64,000 bases of DNA from a virus. Its lineage: Duplodnaviria; Caudoviricetes. The position numbers and the translations under genes are program-made. The notes beneath the pieces were generated by a model. That model saw only the letters and a list, made by a program, of their open reading frames with translations. It searched no databases and was not told the DNA's origin. The stretch is taken from IMG/VR virus record IMGVR_UViG_2737471647_000001, one strand, 5' to 3'. Shown here in pieces: positions 20,361 through 31,289 of the stretch (positions within the stretch are counted from its first letter, which is position 1; every line of letters starts with the position of its first letter).

Positions 20361-20548
20361 TTCTTTTTGTCCTTCTTCGGACTGGCTTCACGCTCGATCC
20401 AGTCCTCAATATCCGCGCGCCGAAACCGCCAAGTGCCGCCGACCTTGAAGCCGGGGAGCTTGCTGTCGGCCGCGAGACGGTAAGCGGTTTTTTTGTTGAT
20501 CCTGAGATAGTCGGCGACTTCATCAATGGTCATGATGTCATCTGCCAT
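20357..20548 (-). CDS. Excisionase-family HTH protein coupled to hsdM
   Basis: [21 protein letters not shown]...[25 protein letters not shown] overlap with hsdM. Confidence 0.88.
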   Translation of the reverse strand: MADDIMTIDEVADYLRINKKTAYRLAADSKLPGFKVGGTWRFRRADIEDWIEREASPKKDKKK

Positions 20549-20851
20549 GCGAAGCTCTTTCCCATAATCATCCCTTTTGAGATTTCTATGGAAAATTGCG
20601 GATTCCTACAAGGCGGGAATTCGAAGCGGTTTCAGAGCGCTGATGAGATCGCGCTGGCTTTGGGCGTGTCGCTCCTTGTAGTCGGTTTTGTCGCTGGCTT
20701 CGATGTCCGGGCATCTGAGCCGAGTCCCGCCCAAGGCCTCTAGCTCTGCCCATGGTCCCGTCGACGCCGCCTGTGCGCGCTTTGAACCTTATCTTCGCGC
20801 GGCGATACCGCTCCCGCATGCCTTGCGGCCCGACGCCGGGTGCAACGATTG

Positions 20852-21256
20852 TCAGGATTCCAGTGCTTCGCGTCCATTGAATTTTGAAACCTGCGCCGTC
20901 CACTCGTCGGGAAAGTGCTGCATTGCGGTCTTCAGAGTCAGGTCTGCGAACTGCTTGCCATCAAGGACAGCTGTGACGATCTCGGGAGCCAGCAGTGTAA
21001 GCCGCAGGACTCGCGTCAGGAACGAAGGCGTCACGCCTTCCCGTGCCGCCAGCTCTGTGATCGTGGCGAACTCGCCCGACTCCAGCAACCTCTTCCAACG
21101 GAACGCTCGGGCCAGCGCCTTGACTAGTGTGCTGTCGGTCCGGCGCGGTTGCTTGACGCCCTCTGGCAGCTGCATCTCCTTGCGGCCGCCGCGCTTCACG
21201 AGGCGGAATGGCACGCGCAGCGTAACGGTGTCCGGGATCGGGGCCCTGCTGGTCAT
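20852..21256 (-). CDS. Recombinase-associated HTH-like protein
   Basis: LVKALARAFRWKRLLESGEFATITELAAREGVTPSFLTRVLRL; 4-nt overlap with the recombinase end (start moved from 21412 to 21256). Confidence 0.75.
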   Translation of the reverse strand: MTSRAPIPDTVTLRVPFRLVKRGGRKEMQLPEGVKQPRRTDSTLVKALARAFRWKRLLESGEFATITELAAREGVTPSFLTRVLRLTLLAPEIVTAVLDGKQFADLTLKTAMQHFPDEWTAQVSKFNGREALES

Positions 21257-22559
21257 GCTACCGCCTCGATGTTGTTTGCAAGCATTTCGCGCGCAAGACC
21301 ACGGAGACCGTCGACGCGGAGCTCGACGTTCAGGCCTTCCGTGCTGATGTCCACCCGCTCCACCAGCAGCGCCACGATGCGCGCCTGCTCGGCCGGGAAG
21401 AGTTCGTCCCAAAGCGGGACAAGCTGCTGCAGGGCCAAGCTGGCGTCGGCTTCGGTGATCTTCTCATCCTGCGAGCGGGCCGCCTTCCACGTCCCAGCGA
21501 CTATCTCAGGTTGACGGAACACTGCGCGCAACTGGTCGATGACTGCGGTTTCGATTTCGCCCGCAGGGACGCGACCCACTGGACACGTTCCGGTGCCATG
21601 CTTGAGCACCGTCTGACTGACATAGTATCGGTAAAGCTTGCCGCCCTTGCGCGTGTGGGTGGGAGAGAACGCCGCGCCATCGGGGCCATAGAGCAACCCT
21701 TTCAGCAATGCGGGCGTGTCCGCGCGGGTGCGCGCAGAACGTTTGCGCGGGCTTTCGGTCAGGATGGCATGGACCTTGTCCCAGACCGTGCGGTCAATGA
21801 TGGCTTCATGCTCGCCGGGATAGCTGTCGCCCTTGTGGACAGCTTCACCGATGTAGGCGCGGTTGTTCAGCAGGCGATACAGGTATTTCTTGTCGATCCG
21901 GTTGCCTCGGCTGGTCTGGACGCCCCGAGCGGCCAATTCCCTTGCCAGCTCCGTGCCCGATCCGATCTCGATGAACCGGGCGAAGATCCAGCGGACATTG
22001 GCGGCATCGGCCTCCTTGATGATCAGTTTCCGGTCCTTCACTACGTAGCCCAGTGGAGGCACGCCGCCCATCCACATGCCCTTCATCCGGCTGGCGCGGA
22101 CCTTGTCGCGGATCCGCTCGGCCGTCACCTCGCGCTCGAATTGCGCAAAGGACAGAAGAATGTTCAGCGTCAGTCGCCCCATGGACGTTGTCGTGTTGAA
22201 CGATTGCGTCACCGAGACGAATGTCACACCATTCCGGTCAAACACCTCGACCAGTTTTGAAAAATCCATCAGCGAGCGAGACAGCCGGTCGATCTTGTAC
22301 ACGACGACCACGTCGACCAAGCCATCCTCGACGTCCGCGAGCAGCCTTTTCAGGCCGGGGCGCTCCAGCGTGCCGCCGGATATACCGCCGTCGTCGTACT
22401 GGTCGCGGACCAGCACCCAGCCCTCGGACCGCTGGCTGGCGATATACGCCTCGCAGGCTTCCCGCTGGGCGTGCAAGCTGTTGAACTCCTGCTCCAGCCC
22501 TTCCTCGGAGGATTTCCGTGTGTAAACGGCACAGCGCAGCTTCCTGACAATCGGTTTGG

Positions 22560-22563
<4 letters not shown>
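21253..22563 (-). CDS. Large serine recombinase (integrase)
   Basis: RCAVYTRKS (catalytic Ser), DDGGISGGTLERPGL, VYKIDRLSRS, recombinase domain, YRYYVS...CP region; start at MTKPIVRK. Confidence 0.93.
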
Positions 22564-23008
<445 letters not shown>

Positions 23009-23012
<4 letters not shown>

Positions 23013-23212
23013 GCGTTTCTCCGTTGAGTTGGAGTTGCATGACGCCATTGGTCGGCAGGATAGTGTAGGCAACTTTCTCCAGTTTCGTCAGATACTTCCG
23101 CCCGGTCACGCATCCGCAATCGGACCAGCCCAAGGGCCAGCAGCCCGCACAACTCGGCACGACGTTCCGCTGGCGTCATCTGGTCGGCTGGAAATGGATT
23201 GGGTCGTTTCAT
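23009..23212 (-). CDS. Small hypothetical protein (first gene of the recombinase operon)
   Basis: MKRPNPFPADQMTPAERRAELCGLLALGLVRL; 4-nt overlap with DUF2924. Confidence 0.6.
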
Positions 23213-23408
23213 GTCTCGGGCTGCCGTGATTGGTGATGTCGTTACCAATCAAAAGCCACCCCGAAGCTCCGTGTGGGACATGCCGCACCCTGTTGGCTAC
23301 CCATGAGTGCGAACAAGTAGTGAACATCACCTCTTGCGAAAGAAAGTTTCGTCAACGATTATCAGTGGTTGAATCAGGTAGAGAGCAAACATTCATTGAG
23401 GTGATTTC

Positions 23409-25664
23409 ATGGCGCGCAAAGCAATTCCGATCGGTCCCAATATTCTTGCGTTGATCGAAGATGCGCGTATCGATCTTGCCCGAGCAGCGCTCTCCGTCCG
23501 AGAGGGCGAAAACGAGCCAGATTTCGCCCTGCCAGATAACCCATCTGACCTGACAGATGACGATGCAGTGGAGGCGTTTCGGCTGGACCTCATCCAAACG
23601 CTCTCTGAATTTGATCAGGATGAACTGCGACCGGCAGAGCAGCGATCACGTAGAATTCGGGCGCTCGCAGACGGAAAGGGCGTGACCTCCCTCACGACAA
23701 TTATCAAGCAGCAACTCGATGATACGCAGTCGCAGGAGTTCGACCGACAACCAGACCAGCTCTGCAGAAGCATATGGACCTATCTCAATGCGCGCGAAAC
23801 GTTCGAGGACGCGGAAAGCTTTCATTTTGCTCGACAGTTTCGTGAGCACGGAAAGCTTTACGACGCCTTCGAGGTCGAGCTTGAAAATCATTTAGCCTTC
23901 GATGCGACCGCAATCGACGAGATGGCACTGGCGGCCAAGATCAAGGGGGTGCTCGAGCTGAAACCCGAGATTTCCTGCACGGTGAAAGCGCTCGATCTGC
24001 CCGCAACTGAAACACACCCCGCGTCCATAATGCTGATCGTCCGGCATGGCGGGCCGCTGTCCAGCGTCTATGACCATCGACACGACGGACGCAGGGGAAC
24101 CATCTATTATCGACCACCCAACGAGGCGACGCTGATCTACACGCCATCGCTTCGTCAGATCGAGGTCTGTGCGGACAGCCCGGTGGTTCGCCAGACGGTC
24201 AGCGACTCGTTCGCCGAAGTTGCCCTCGGCCACGACATCTCCCAGAAACCGCTGACCTGGAAGCGCTATAACCTCTCGCGGTTTCGGACATCGCTTCGTC
24301 TGCAGCCGCCGGAAATCGATGGCTACGCATTCGCGTTTGCCCGCGTCGTGGAAGCCGAGATCCGGCTCGGGGTCTGGCGCCGCAAGCTGCAACTGAAGGT
24401 CGCCGTCGATGACGACATTGAAGAGGTGGCGGACAAGTATCTGGGCACCAGAAACATATTCCGCCGTGCCGAAGCTTTCAGTCGGATTGCCATTGCTGTC
24501 GCCTACAACCGGGTCGGCGACGAAAAGGAGCGGACGCTCAATCTCACGATCTCCGGCACGAAAAGCTGCAATCTGCAAAGCAAGACGGATCCCGAAGAGC
24601 GCGCCCTCGGATTCGCCCTCCTCAAGGAATGGGGGATCCTGAGCGCATTCCGGCAGATCGCGTCCGATGACCTGCAGGCGATATTTCCCCAACTGGTTCA
24701 ACTCCATGACCGCATTGAAGACGAGGTCAGCGGCAGCTACCTCCGGGAACTCGGGCTCGACCCCAGCCGTCTGATCGAAGGCGGGCTGCTAGAGCGTCGC
24801 GACCGTCAGGATGTGGTCCTGATCGACGACGACGACTTTGCCGGGGAAAGCACCGTGAAGCCCTCGGCGGTTGAAGGCATCGTCAACACGATCGGCCCAT
24901 TTGGCGAGGACGGTGGCAAGCGACCTGCGTCGGATGTCGAGATGTTTGCGATCAATGGCCAATGGCTACACGAGACCCTCATGCGTCTGATAAAACCGCT
25001 CTTGAGCAAGCGGACAGCCCAGATCCTCGACCCGGACCTGACCCTTCTCGGTGCAATGCAGGTGGATGGCGCTGAAGTGCCCGTCTATTTCGCCCGACGA
25101 CTCAATGACCCGAAAACCGCGCAAAGACTGGATGTGGCCCTACGCGCGCGGAACACAGCTGGCGTCGGCATTATCCTCGCAGCAAGTGAGGAATTGCCAT
25201 TGCACCTCGGCTCCAACGTCGTTGTGCCGCTTCTGTCCCATCTCGCATCGGCGGACGAGGATCTCCTGTTCACGCGCGATGGCATCGAACTCGCATATAG
25301 AAACAACATTTCGCTCGCTCGCGGGGGTGTGTCGCCGCGCGTCGTTCGGGCAGGCACGCAATCCGGTACTTTGTACATTCCGGGCAAGGAGCCGCTGCAC
25401 CTCGCGGGGAACGATCAGCTGACAATCTTCGAGCGCCTTGTAGCTGCTTTCGTCAGCGGTAGTACGGATGTCTATGTCGGAGACCTGATGAAGGGTTTCG
25501 CGGCAAAGAGTCCTCAACCTGCGTTCCGCACAAAAATGTGGAAGGACATCGTCGATATCTACATCGGCAAGGGTGCGAAGCGTGGGTTCTGGCGCCTGAT
25601 CACCACCGCGGTGCAAACAGGCGAAATCGTCGACGCCGAGGACGATGCTGAAACTCCCGTCTAA
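23409..25664 (+). CDS. Large protein of unknown function with a possible C-terminal wHTH
   Basis: 751-aa clean ORF with GAGGTG SD, divergent from the recombinase operon. Confidence 0.8.
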   Translation: MARKAIPIGPNILALIEDARIDLARAALSVREGENEPDFALPDNPSDLTDDDAVEAFRLDLIQTLSEFDQDELRPAEQRSRRIRALADGKGVTSLTTIIKQQLDDTQSQEFDRQPDQLCRSIWTYLNARETFEDAESFHFARQFREHGKLYDAFEVELENHLAFDATAIDEMALAAKIKGVLELKPEISCTVKALDLPATETHPASIMLIVRHGGPLSSVYDHRHDGRRGTIYYRPPNEATLIYTPSLRQIEVCADSPVVRQTVSDSFAEVALGHDISQKPLTWKRYNLSRFRTSLRLQPPEIDGYAFAFARVVEAEIRLGVWRRKLQLKVAVDDDIEEVADKYLGTRNIFRRAEAFSRIAIAVAYNRVGDEKERTLNLTISGTKSCNLQSKTDPEERALGFALLKEWGILSAFRQIASDDLQAIFPQLVQLHDRIEDEVSGSYLRELGLDPSRLIEGGLLERRDRQDVVLIDDDDFAGESTVKPSAVEGIVNTIGPFGEDGGKRPASDVEMFAINGQWLHETLMRLIKPLLSKRTAQILDPDLTLLGAMQVDGAEVPVYFARRLNDPKTAQRLDVALRARNTAGVGIILAASEELPLHLGSNVVVPLLSHLASADEDLLFTRDGIELAYRNNISLARGGVSPRVVRAGTQSGTLYIPGKEPLHLAGNDQLTIFERLVAAFVSGSTDVYVGDLMKGFAAKSPQPAFRTKMWKDIVDIYIGKGAKRGFWRLITTAVQTGEIVDAEDDAETPV

Positions 25665-25698
25665 CGACGGTCTAACATGTCGTGAGAGACGGTCTAAC
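25659..25698 (+). repeat. GTCTAAC direct repeats x3
   Basis: Copies at 25659, 25670 and 25692; the last two extend to ACGGTCTAAC. Confidence 0.75.
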
Positions 25699-25744
25699 AA
25701 ACCGCTGATTATTGGAAAGGCTCACTCATAAGAGGAGCATTCCA

Positions 25745-25990
25745 ATGCCGACTCCCGATACTTCCCGCCAGCCAGCCCAGATGAACTGGACCGGCGGCGC
25801 AGAGACGAAACCCACCACTTTGAGCCCCGAATGGCGCTGCACGCGCTGTGACAAGCTGCTTGGCGTCTGCCGGGACGGCCGTATGCACCTGCGTTTCGCG
25901 CGGGGCCACGAGTATTTCGTGGGCTTTCCGGTCGTGGCCACCTGCCGCGGCTGCGGAACGCTGAACCAGGCGACATCACCCGCGCGCTGA
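25745..25990 (+). CDS. Com-like zinc-finger protein
   Basis: EWRCTRCDKLLG...ATCRGCGTLN; AGAGGAG SD. Confidence 0.72.
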   Translation: MPTPDTSRQPAQMNWTGGAETKPTTLSPEWRCTRCDKLLGVCRDGRMHLRFARGHEYFVGFPVVATCRGCGTLNQATSPAR

Positions 25991-26089
25991 GGCGCGCATC
26001 TCACCACTTCCCTGAAATCGCAGAGACGCACGACGTCCTGACCTGGCCACAAAAAGGCGCTGGACGCCTGGCCGCAAGGCAGGCGTCCA

Positions 26090-26812
26090 ATGTCTATCGC
26101 GTGGCACGAGATCCGTGATCACCTCATGTTTTCTTCTTCAACTCTTGGTTTTCAAAACACCTTCGATGAGCTCCGGCGCAGCAGCGAGCCGCTCGCGCAT
26201 TTCGCTGATCCTGCTGCTTTACTGGACACGCTGCACGTCGGTTGCCGTGCGCCAGACGACAAAAATCGGTTGCTGGTTGCACTGGTCGCGGCCGCGCAGT
26301 CCGGCGGCGCGGCCTCCGATTGTGCCCTGACGCTGATGCTGCTGGCGCTCTGGCCGGGGCTGGATGCCGTTCGGCGCAGATCGATCTGGCGCAGGATTGG
26401 CACCGGTGACGAGGTTGCATCCGAAATCCTTGCACGGGCTTCCGAGGCCATTCGGGGTCTGGATCTGCAGCGGGTCAACTGGATCGCAGCAACTATCCTG
26501 CGGAATATCGAGCGGGACTTGATCAGAACGCGTCAGCGCGAGGATCGGCACCAGAGCCTCCGCAGTGAGGCCGATCCTGACGAAATTCCGGCCGACGGTG
26601 GAGTGCCTGAGGCCACTGCCAGCCCCGGACTGCTCCACGGCGATCTGGTCCGCATGATCGGCACGGATGCGGATCTGGTGATCCGTGTGGCCATCAACGG
26701 GTTCTCTCAGGCCGAGGTCGCATTCGAGATGGGGCTGTCCGAGGCGGCGACGCGCAAACGCTATCAGCGGGCGACCCGGCGTCTGCGCGACGTCCTGCAA
26801 GAATTTCGCTGA
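26090..26812 (+). CDS. Sigma-70/ECF-like factor
   Basis: Region 2-like helices (WIAATILRNIERDLI) and region 4 HTH (GFSQAEVAFEMGLSEAATRKRYQRA). Confidence 0.72.
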   Translation: MSIAWHEIRDHLMFSSSTLGFQNTFDELRRSSEPLAHFADPAALLDTLHVGCRAPDDKNRLLVALVAAAQSGGAASDCALTLMLLALWPGLDAVRRRSIWRRIGTGDEVASEILARASEAIRGLDLQRVNWIAATILRNIERDLIRTRQREDRHQSLRSEADPDEIPADGGVPEATASPGLLHGDLVRMIGTDADLVIRVAINGFSQAEVAFEMGLSEAATRKRYQRATRRLRDVLQEFR

Positions 26813-26896
26813 CCGGATGTCCCGATCCCTGCGGTGCGGTGGCTTTTCCCATTCAGACGCCACCGCGCGCCCCACTCAAACCGAAAGTCGACCAGC

Positions 26897-27169
26897 ATGA
26901 TCAGCAAAGCCGACCTCTTGTCCGCAGACCTCAAGCGCATCCCCGGCCTCTACCGCCGCTGGGAGTTGCCGGAAATCCTGAAGAACCAGCGTGCCTACCG
27001 CATCGAAAATGCCGGTTCCCATCAGGACGGGACGCCACTCGTGGCGGTCTACGCCGAGGCCGAGGCCGACGCCGATGCGGGCCAGCCGGACGACCTGCAC
27101 AACGCCTCAATCAAGGGCGCCGAAGCGGCCTCGGTCCCCGCTGGGACGATGTCGCGGCGGCCTGAGTAG
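26897..27169 (+). CDS. Hypothetical phage protein
   Basis: MISKADLL...PGLYRRWELPEIL; in operon context. Confidence 0.55.
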   Translation: MISKADLLSADLKRIPGLYRRWELPEILKNQRAYRIENAGSHQDGTPLVAVYAEAEADADAGQPDDLHNASIKGAEAASVPAGTMSRRPE

Positions 27170-27186
27170 AGGGGAAAGGAGGAGAC

Positions 27187-27540
27187 ATGTTCATGGAAAC
27201 CACACCCTTTATCACCGTTCGCGCCGGCCGACCGCTGTCCGAGATCGAGTTCTGCGCCTGGGTGGCGCAAGCCGTTCCCGGCGACCGGCTGGAATACCAT
27301 CGCGGCTTTCTGGTGCTCGACATCTTCCCTGTGTTTTCAGGGCTGTCGGATGCGGCGCGCGTCGAGTTGAGCAGGCTCGGATCGCGGGCCTTCTGGGCCG
27401 CTGAACTTGGACTCGTGCATCTCGTCCAGCAACGCGTGGGGCCTGACCAGTTCGCCTATATCGCCGTCGCCCGGCCCAAGCCCAAAGCGGCCGCCGTCTC
27501 GCTGTCCGAACTGCTGCTGGCCGAACAGGAGGCCGTGTGA
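27187..27540 (+). CDS. Hypothetical phage protein
   Basis: Strong AGGAGGAG SD; coupled to the next ORF. Confidence 0.7.
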   Translation: MFMETTPFITVRAGRPLSEIEFCAWVAQAVPGDRLEYHRGFLVLDIFPVFSGLSDAARVELSRLGSRAFWAAELGLVHLVQQRVGPDQFAYIAVARPKPKAAAVSLSELLLAEQEAV

Positions 27541-28073
27541 TGCCCGCCTTCCAATCCTTTTTCACCGATCACGGAGACCATTTCATGCCATTCCCCGAGA
27601 ACACCCCCACGCCTGACGATCTGCCATCTCTCAGCGCCGCCGAGGTTGCGGCCCTGCCGGTCGAGTTGCTGGCGATCCTGCAACGCGAGATCGACGAGCG
27701 TTTGAAGCGCGACAAGGCCGCCAAGGCCCGCTTTGATGCCGGACTGGCCGTCCGCTATGCCACCTGGGCCGCCGAAGAACGGAAGGTTTCGGGCAAAGAC
27801 ACCGGCGCAGTCCGCTTTGATGATGGCGATTTCACCGTGGTCGCAGATCTGCCGAAGCGGGTGGATTGGGATCAGGACCGGCTGGCCGACATGGTCGCGC
27901 GGATCCGCGATGCAGGCGACGACCCCGCCGAATATGTCGATCTCTCCTTCAAGGTGCCCGAGCGCAAATACGCCGCCTGGCCAGAGGCCATCCGGCAGGG
28001 ATTCGAGCCCGCGCGCACCGTCCGGCCCGGCACGCTGAAGGTCGAGATCCTCGCCCAGGGGGCAGACCAGTGA
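27537..28073 (+). CDS. Hypothetical phage protein (recombination module)
   Basis: Overlaps both neighbours by 4 nt; DLPKRVDWDQ...FKVPERKYAAW. Confidence 0.7.
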   Translation: MMPAFQSFFTDHGDHFMPFPENTPTPDDLPSLSAAEVAALPVELLAILQREIDERLKRDKAAKARFDAGLAVRYATWAAEERKVSGKDTGAVRFDDGDFTVVADLPKRVDWDQDRLADMVARIRDAGDDPAEYVDLSFKVPERKYAAWPEAIRQGFEPARTVRPGTLKVEILAQGADQ

Positions 28074-28945
28074 GCCTTCCCATCATCAGCGCCGACCAGC
28101 GGCTGGCCGAGCCACGCGGCATCAAGGGCTGCATCTTCGGCAAGAGCGGAATCGGGAAAACTTCGCTGCTCTGGACCCTCGATCCCGAGCGCACGCTGTT
28201 CATGGATCTCGAAGCGGGCGACCTCGCCATCGAAGGCTGGGCGGGCGACAGCATCCGGCCACGCACCTGGACGGAATGCCGAGATTTCGCGGTGTTCATC
28301 GGCGGGCCTAACCCGGCGCTGCGCGATGAGCAGCCGTATAGCCCGGCTCACTATGCGGCGGTCTGCGACCGCTTCGGCGATCCGGCAGCGCTCGACCGCT
28401 ACGACACGATCTTCGTGGACTCGATCACCGTGGCGGGGCGACTGTGCTTCGGGTGGTGCAAGGGCCAGCCCGAAGCGCTGTCGGAGAAGACCGGCAAGCC
28501 GGATGTGCGGGGCGCCTACGGTCTGCATGGCCGCGAGATGATCGGCTGGCTCACCCATCTGCAGCACACGCGGGCCAAGAACGTCTGGTTCGTTGGGATC
28601 CTCGACGAGAAGCTCGACGATTTCAATCGCAAGGTGTTCCAGCCGCAGATCGACGGATCCAAGACCGGGCTCGAGCTGCCGGGGATCGTCGATGAGGTGA
28701 TCACCATGATGGAGCTGAAGGCCGACGGCGGCGACCCCTATCGCGCCTTCGTCTGCCACACGATCAACCCCTGGGGCTTTCCAGCCAAGGATCGCTCCGG
28801 TCGCCTGGATCAAGTCGAAGAACCCCATCTCGGCCGCCTGATGGCGAAGATCCGGACGGCAGCGACGCCTCCATCCGACCGGCTGACCTACGCCCCGCCG
28901 CCTGCCGATCCGGCCGGTGCCGACCAATCCCAACCGCAATCCTGA
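28070..28945 (+). CDS. AAA_24/Sak4-like ATPase
   Basis: GTG start; IFGKSGIGKT, FMDLEAG, IFVDSIT, ELPGIVDEV, AKDRSG. Confidence 0.85.
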   Translation: MSLPIISADQRLAEPRGIKGCIFGKSGIGKTSLLWTLDPERTLFMDLEAGDLAIEGWAGDSIRPRTWTECRDFAVFIGGPNPALRDEQPYSPAHYAAVCDRFGDPAALDRYDTIFVDSITVAGRLCFGWCKGQPEALSEKTGKPDVRGAYGLHGREMIGWLTHLQHTRAKNVWFVGILDEKLDDFNRKVFQPQIDGSKTGLELPGIVDEVITMMELKADGGDPYRAFVCHTINPWGFPAKDRSGRLDQVEEPHLGRLMAKIRTAATPPSDRLTYAPPPADPAGADQSQPQS

Positions 28946-28964
28946 AAATAGAAGGAGGTTCCCC

Positions 28965-29591
28965 ATGGGTTCCTGGAACGATTTCAACGACGCGCAGAGC
29001 AACACCAACCTGATCCCAAAGGGCACGCTGGCCAAGGTGCGCCTGACCATCCGCCCCGGCGGCTTCGACGATGCCTCACAGGGCTGGACCGGCGGCTATG
29101 CCACGCGCGGCTCGACCGGTGCTGTCTATCTCAACGGCGAGTTCACGGTGACCGAGGGCCAATACGCACGGCGCAAGATCTTTACGCTGATCGGGCTCTA
29201 CAGCCCCAAGGGACCTGACTGGACCAACATGGGCCGCAGCCTGGTGCGTGGCATGCTGAACTCGGCGCGGGGGATTTCCGACAAGGACATGTCGGCCGAG
29301 GCGCAGGCCGCGCGACGCATCAGCGGCTTTGCCGATCTCGACGGAATCGAGTTCATTGCCCGCATCGACATCGGCACCGACGCAAGCGGTGACGACAAGA
29401 ACGAGATCCGCAGCGCGGTCACGCCTGACCATCGCGATTATGCGCAGGTCATGGGAACGGCGGCCCTGCAGTTCAGTGGTAACGCCGGGCCGGGGGCCAC
29501 TCCGCAGCATAATGCTGCCGCCCAAACGTCCTCGCCCAATCCGCCAGCAGCCAACCCCGGTGCCCCCGGGCGGCCGAGCTGGGCGCAGTAA
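28965..29591 (+). CDS. Putative ssDNA-binding protein (DUF669-like)
   Basis: MGSWNDFNDA...LIPKGT; OB-like core and Pro/Ala-rich tail ending RPSWAQ; follows the Sak4-like gene; AAGGAGG SD. Confidence 0.65.
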   Translation: MGSWNDFNDAQSNTNLIPKGTLAKVRLTIRPGGFDDASQGWTGGYATRGSTGAVYLNGEFTVTEGQYARRKIFTLIGLYSPKGPDWTNMGRSLVRGMLNSARGISDKDMSAEAQAARRISGFADLDGIEFIARIDIGTDASGDDKNEIRSAVTPDHRDYAQVMGTAALQFSGNAGPGATPQHNAAAQTSSPNPPAANPGAPGRPSWAQ

Positions 29592-29603
29592 GGGGGAACG
29601 GTC

Positions 29604-31286
29604 ATGCGCCTGCGCCCCCGCCAGAAAACCTTCGTCGAGCGCAGTGTTGCTGCGCTCGCGTCCCGCGGCAACACGCTGGGTGTGGCTCCCACCGGCGCGG
29701 GCAAAACCATCATGCTCTCGGCGGTCACCGGCGAGATGATTGGCGACGGTGCCAAGGCCTGTGTTCTGGCGCATCGCGACGAGCTCACGGCGCAGAACCG
29801 CGCCAAGTTTCAGCGCGTGGTGCCGGAGGTGTCGACATCTGTGATCGACGCGACGGAGAAATCCTGGGGCGGCGACGTCACCTTCGCAATGGTGCCGACG
29901 CTGGCACGGGCGTCAAACCTGGCCGACATGCCGCGCCTCGATCTGCTGGTGATCGACGAGGCGCATCACGCGGTGGCGGACAGCTACCGCCGCATCATCG
30001 ACCGGGTGCGCGATGCAAATCCCGACGCGAGGGTGTTCGGGGTGACGGCAACGCCGACCCGGGGCGATCGCAAGGGTCTGCGCGAGGTCTTCGACAATGT
30101 CGCCGACCAAGTGCAGTTGGGCGAGTTGATTGCGTCTGGCCACCTCGTGCCGCCGCGCACCTTTGTCATCGATGTGGGGGTGCAGGAGGAATTGAAGTCG
30201 GTCCGCAAGACCAGTGCCGATTTCGACATGACCGAGGTGGCGGACATCATGGACCGCGCGCCTGTCACGGACGAGGTGATCCGACACTGGACCGAAAAGG
30301 CAGGCGACCGTCAGACGGTCGTCTTCTGTTCAACCGTCGCCCACGCGGACCATGTGACCGAGGCATTCTGCGCCGCGGGGATCACGGCTGCGCTGATCCA
30401 TGGTGATCTGGCTTCTGAGACCCGCAAGGCCATCCTTGCCGATTACGCGGCGGGCAAGACCCGCGTCGTCGTCAATGTCGCTGTGCTGACCGAAGGCTGG
30501 GATCATCCGCCCACCGCCTGCGTCGTGCTGCTGCGTCCCAGTTCCTACAAATCCACCATGATCCAGATGGTCGGGCGCGGGCTGCGCACCGTCGATCCTG
30601 AGGAACACCCCGGCCTCGTCAAGACCGACTGCGTGGTGCTGGATTTCGGGACATCGAGCCTGATCCACGGCACGCTGGAACAGGATGTCGATCTGGATGG
30701 CAAGATCGGCACCGGTGAAGCACCGACGAAAACTTGCCCGGCCTGCGCGGCGGAGATCCCGCTGGCCGCCACCGAATGCCCGCTCTGTGGCGAGGCATTG
30801 CTGCCGGATGAGGGTGAGACCGGCGCCGACTCTGCCCCGCTCTCGGGCTTTGTCATGACCGAGATCGACCTGCTGAAACGCTCGAGCTTCGCATGGGTCG
30901 ATCTCTTCGGCACGGACGACGCGCTGATGGCTACGGGCTTTACCGCCTGGGGCGGCATCTTCTGGATGGGCGGCGTCTGGTACGCCATCGGCGGGGCCAA
31001 GGGCGAGCGGCCACGCTTGTTGGGCGTCGGAGAACGCACCGTCTGCCTCGCTCAGGCCGACGACTGGCTCAACACCCACGAGAGTGATGAAAGCGCCTTC
31101 AAGACAAGGGGATGGCTGCGTCAGCCACCGACGGACAAGCAGCTGAAATACCTACCGCCCGAGTGCCGGCACGACTTCGGCCTGACGCGCTATCGCGCCT
31201 CGGCGCTGATGACCTTCAGCTTCAACAAACGCGCCATCCAGGCAGCCGTGAACGCGGTGGCCGGATCCGAACGGAGGGCGGCATGA
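29604..31286 (+). CDS. SF2 DEAD/DEAH helicase with zinc finger
   Basis: APTGAGKT, VIDEAHH, VTATP, LTEGWD, QMVGRGLR, CPAC...CPLC. Confidence 0.92.
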   Translation: MRLRPRQKTFVERSVAALASRGNTLGVAPTGAGKTIMLSAVTGEMIGDGAKACVLAHRDELTAQNRAKFQRVVPEVSTSVIDATEKSWGGDVTFAMVPTLARASNLADMPRLDLLVIDEAHHAVADSYRRIIDRVRDANPDARVFGVTATPTRGDRKGLREVFDNVADQVQLGELIASGHLVPPRTFVIDVGVQEELKSVRKTSADFDMTEVADIMDRAPVTDEVIRHWTEKAGDRQTVVFCSTVAHADHVTEAFCAAGITAALIHGDLASETRKAILADYAAGKTRVVVNVAVLTEGWDHPPTACVVLLRPSSYKSTMIQMVGRGLRTVDPEEHPGLVKTDCVVLDFGTSSLIHGTLEQDVDLDGKIGTGEAPTKTCPACAAEIPLAATECPLCGEALLPDEGETGADSAPLSGFVMTEIDLLKRSSFAWVDLFGTDDALMATGFTAWGGIFWMGGVWYAIGGAKGERPRLLGVGERTVCLAQADDWLNTHESDESAFKTRGWLRQPPTDKQLKYLPPECRHDFGLTRYRASALMTFSFNKRAIQAAVNAVAGSERRAA

Positions 31287-31289
31287 CCC

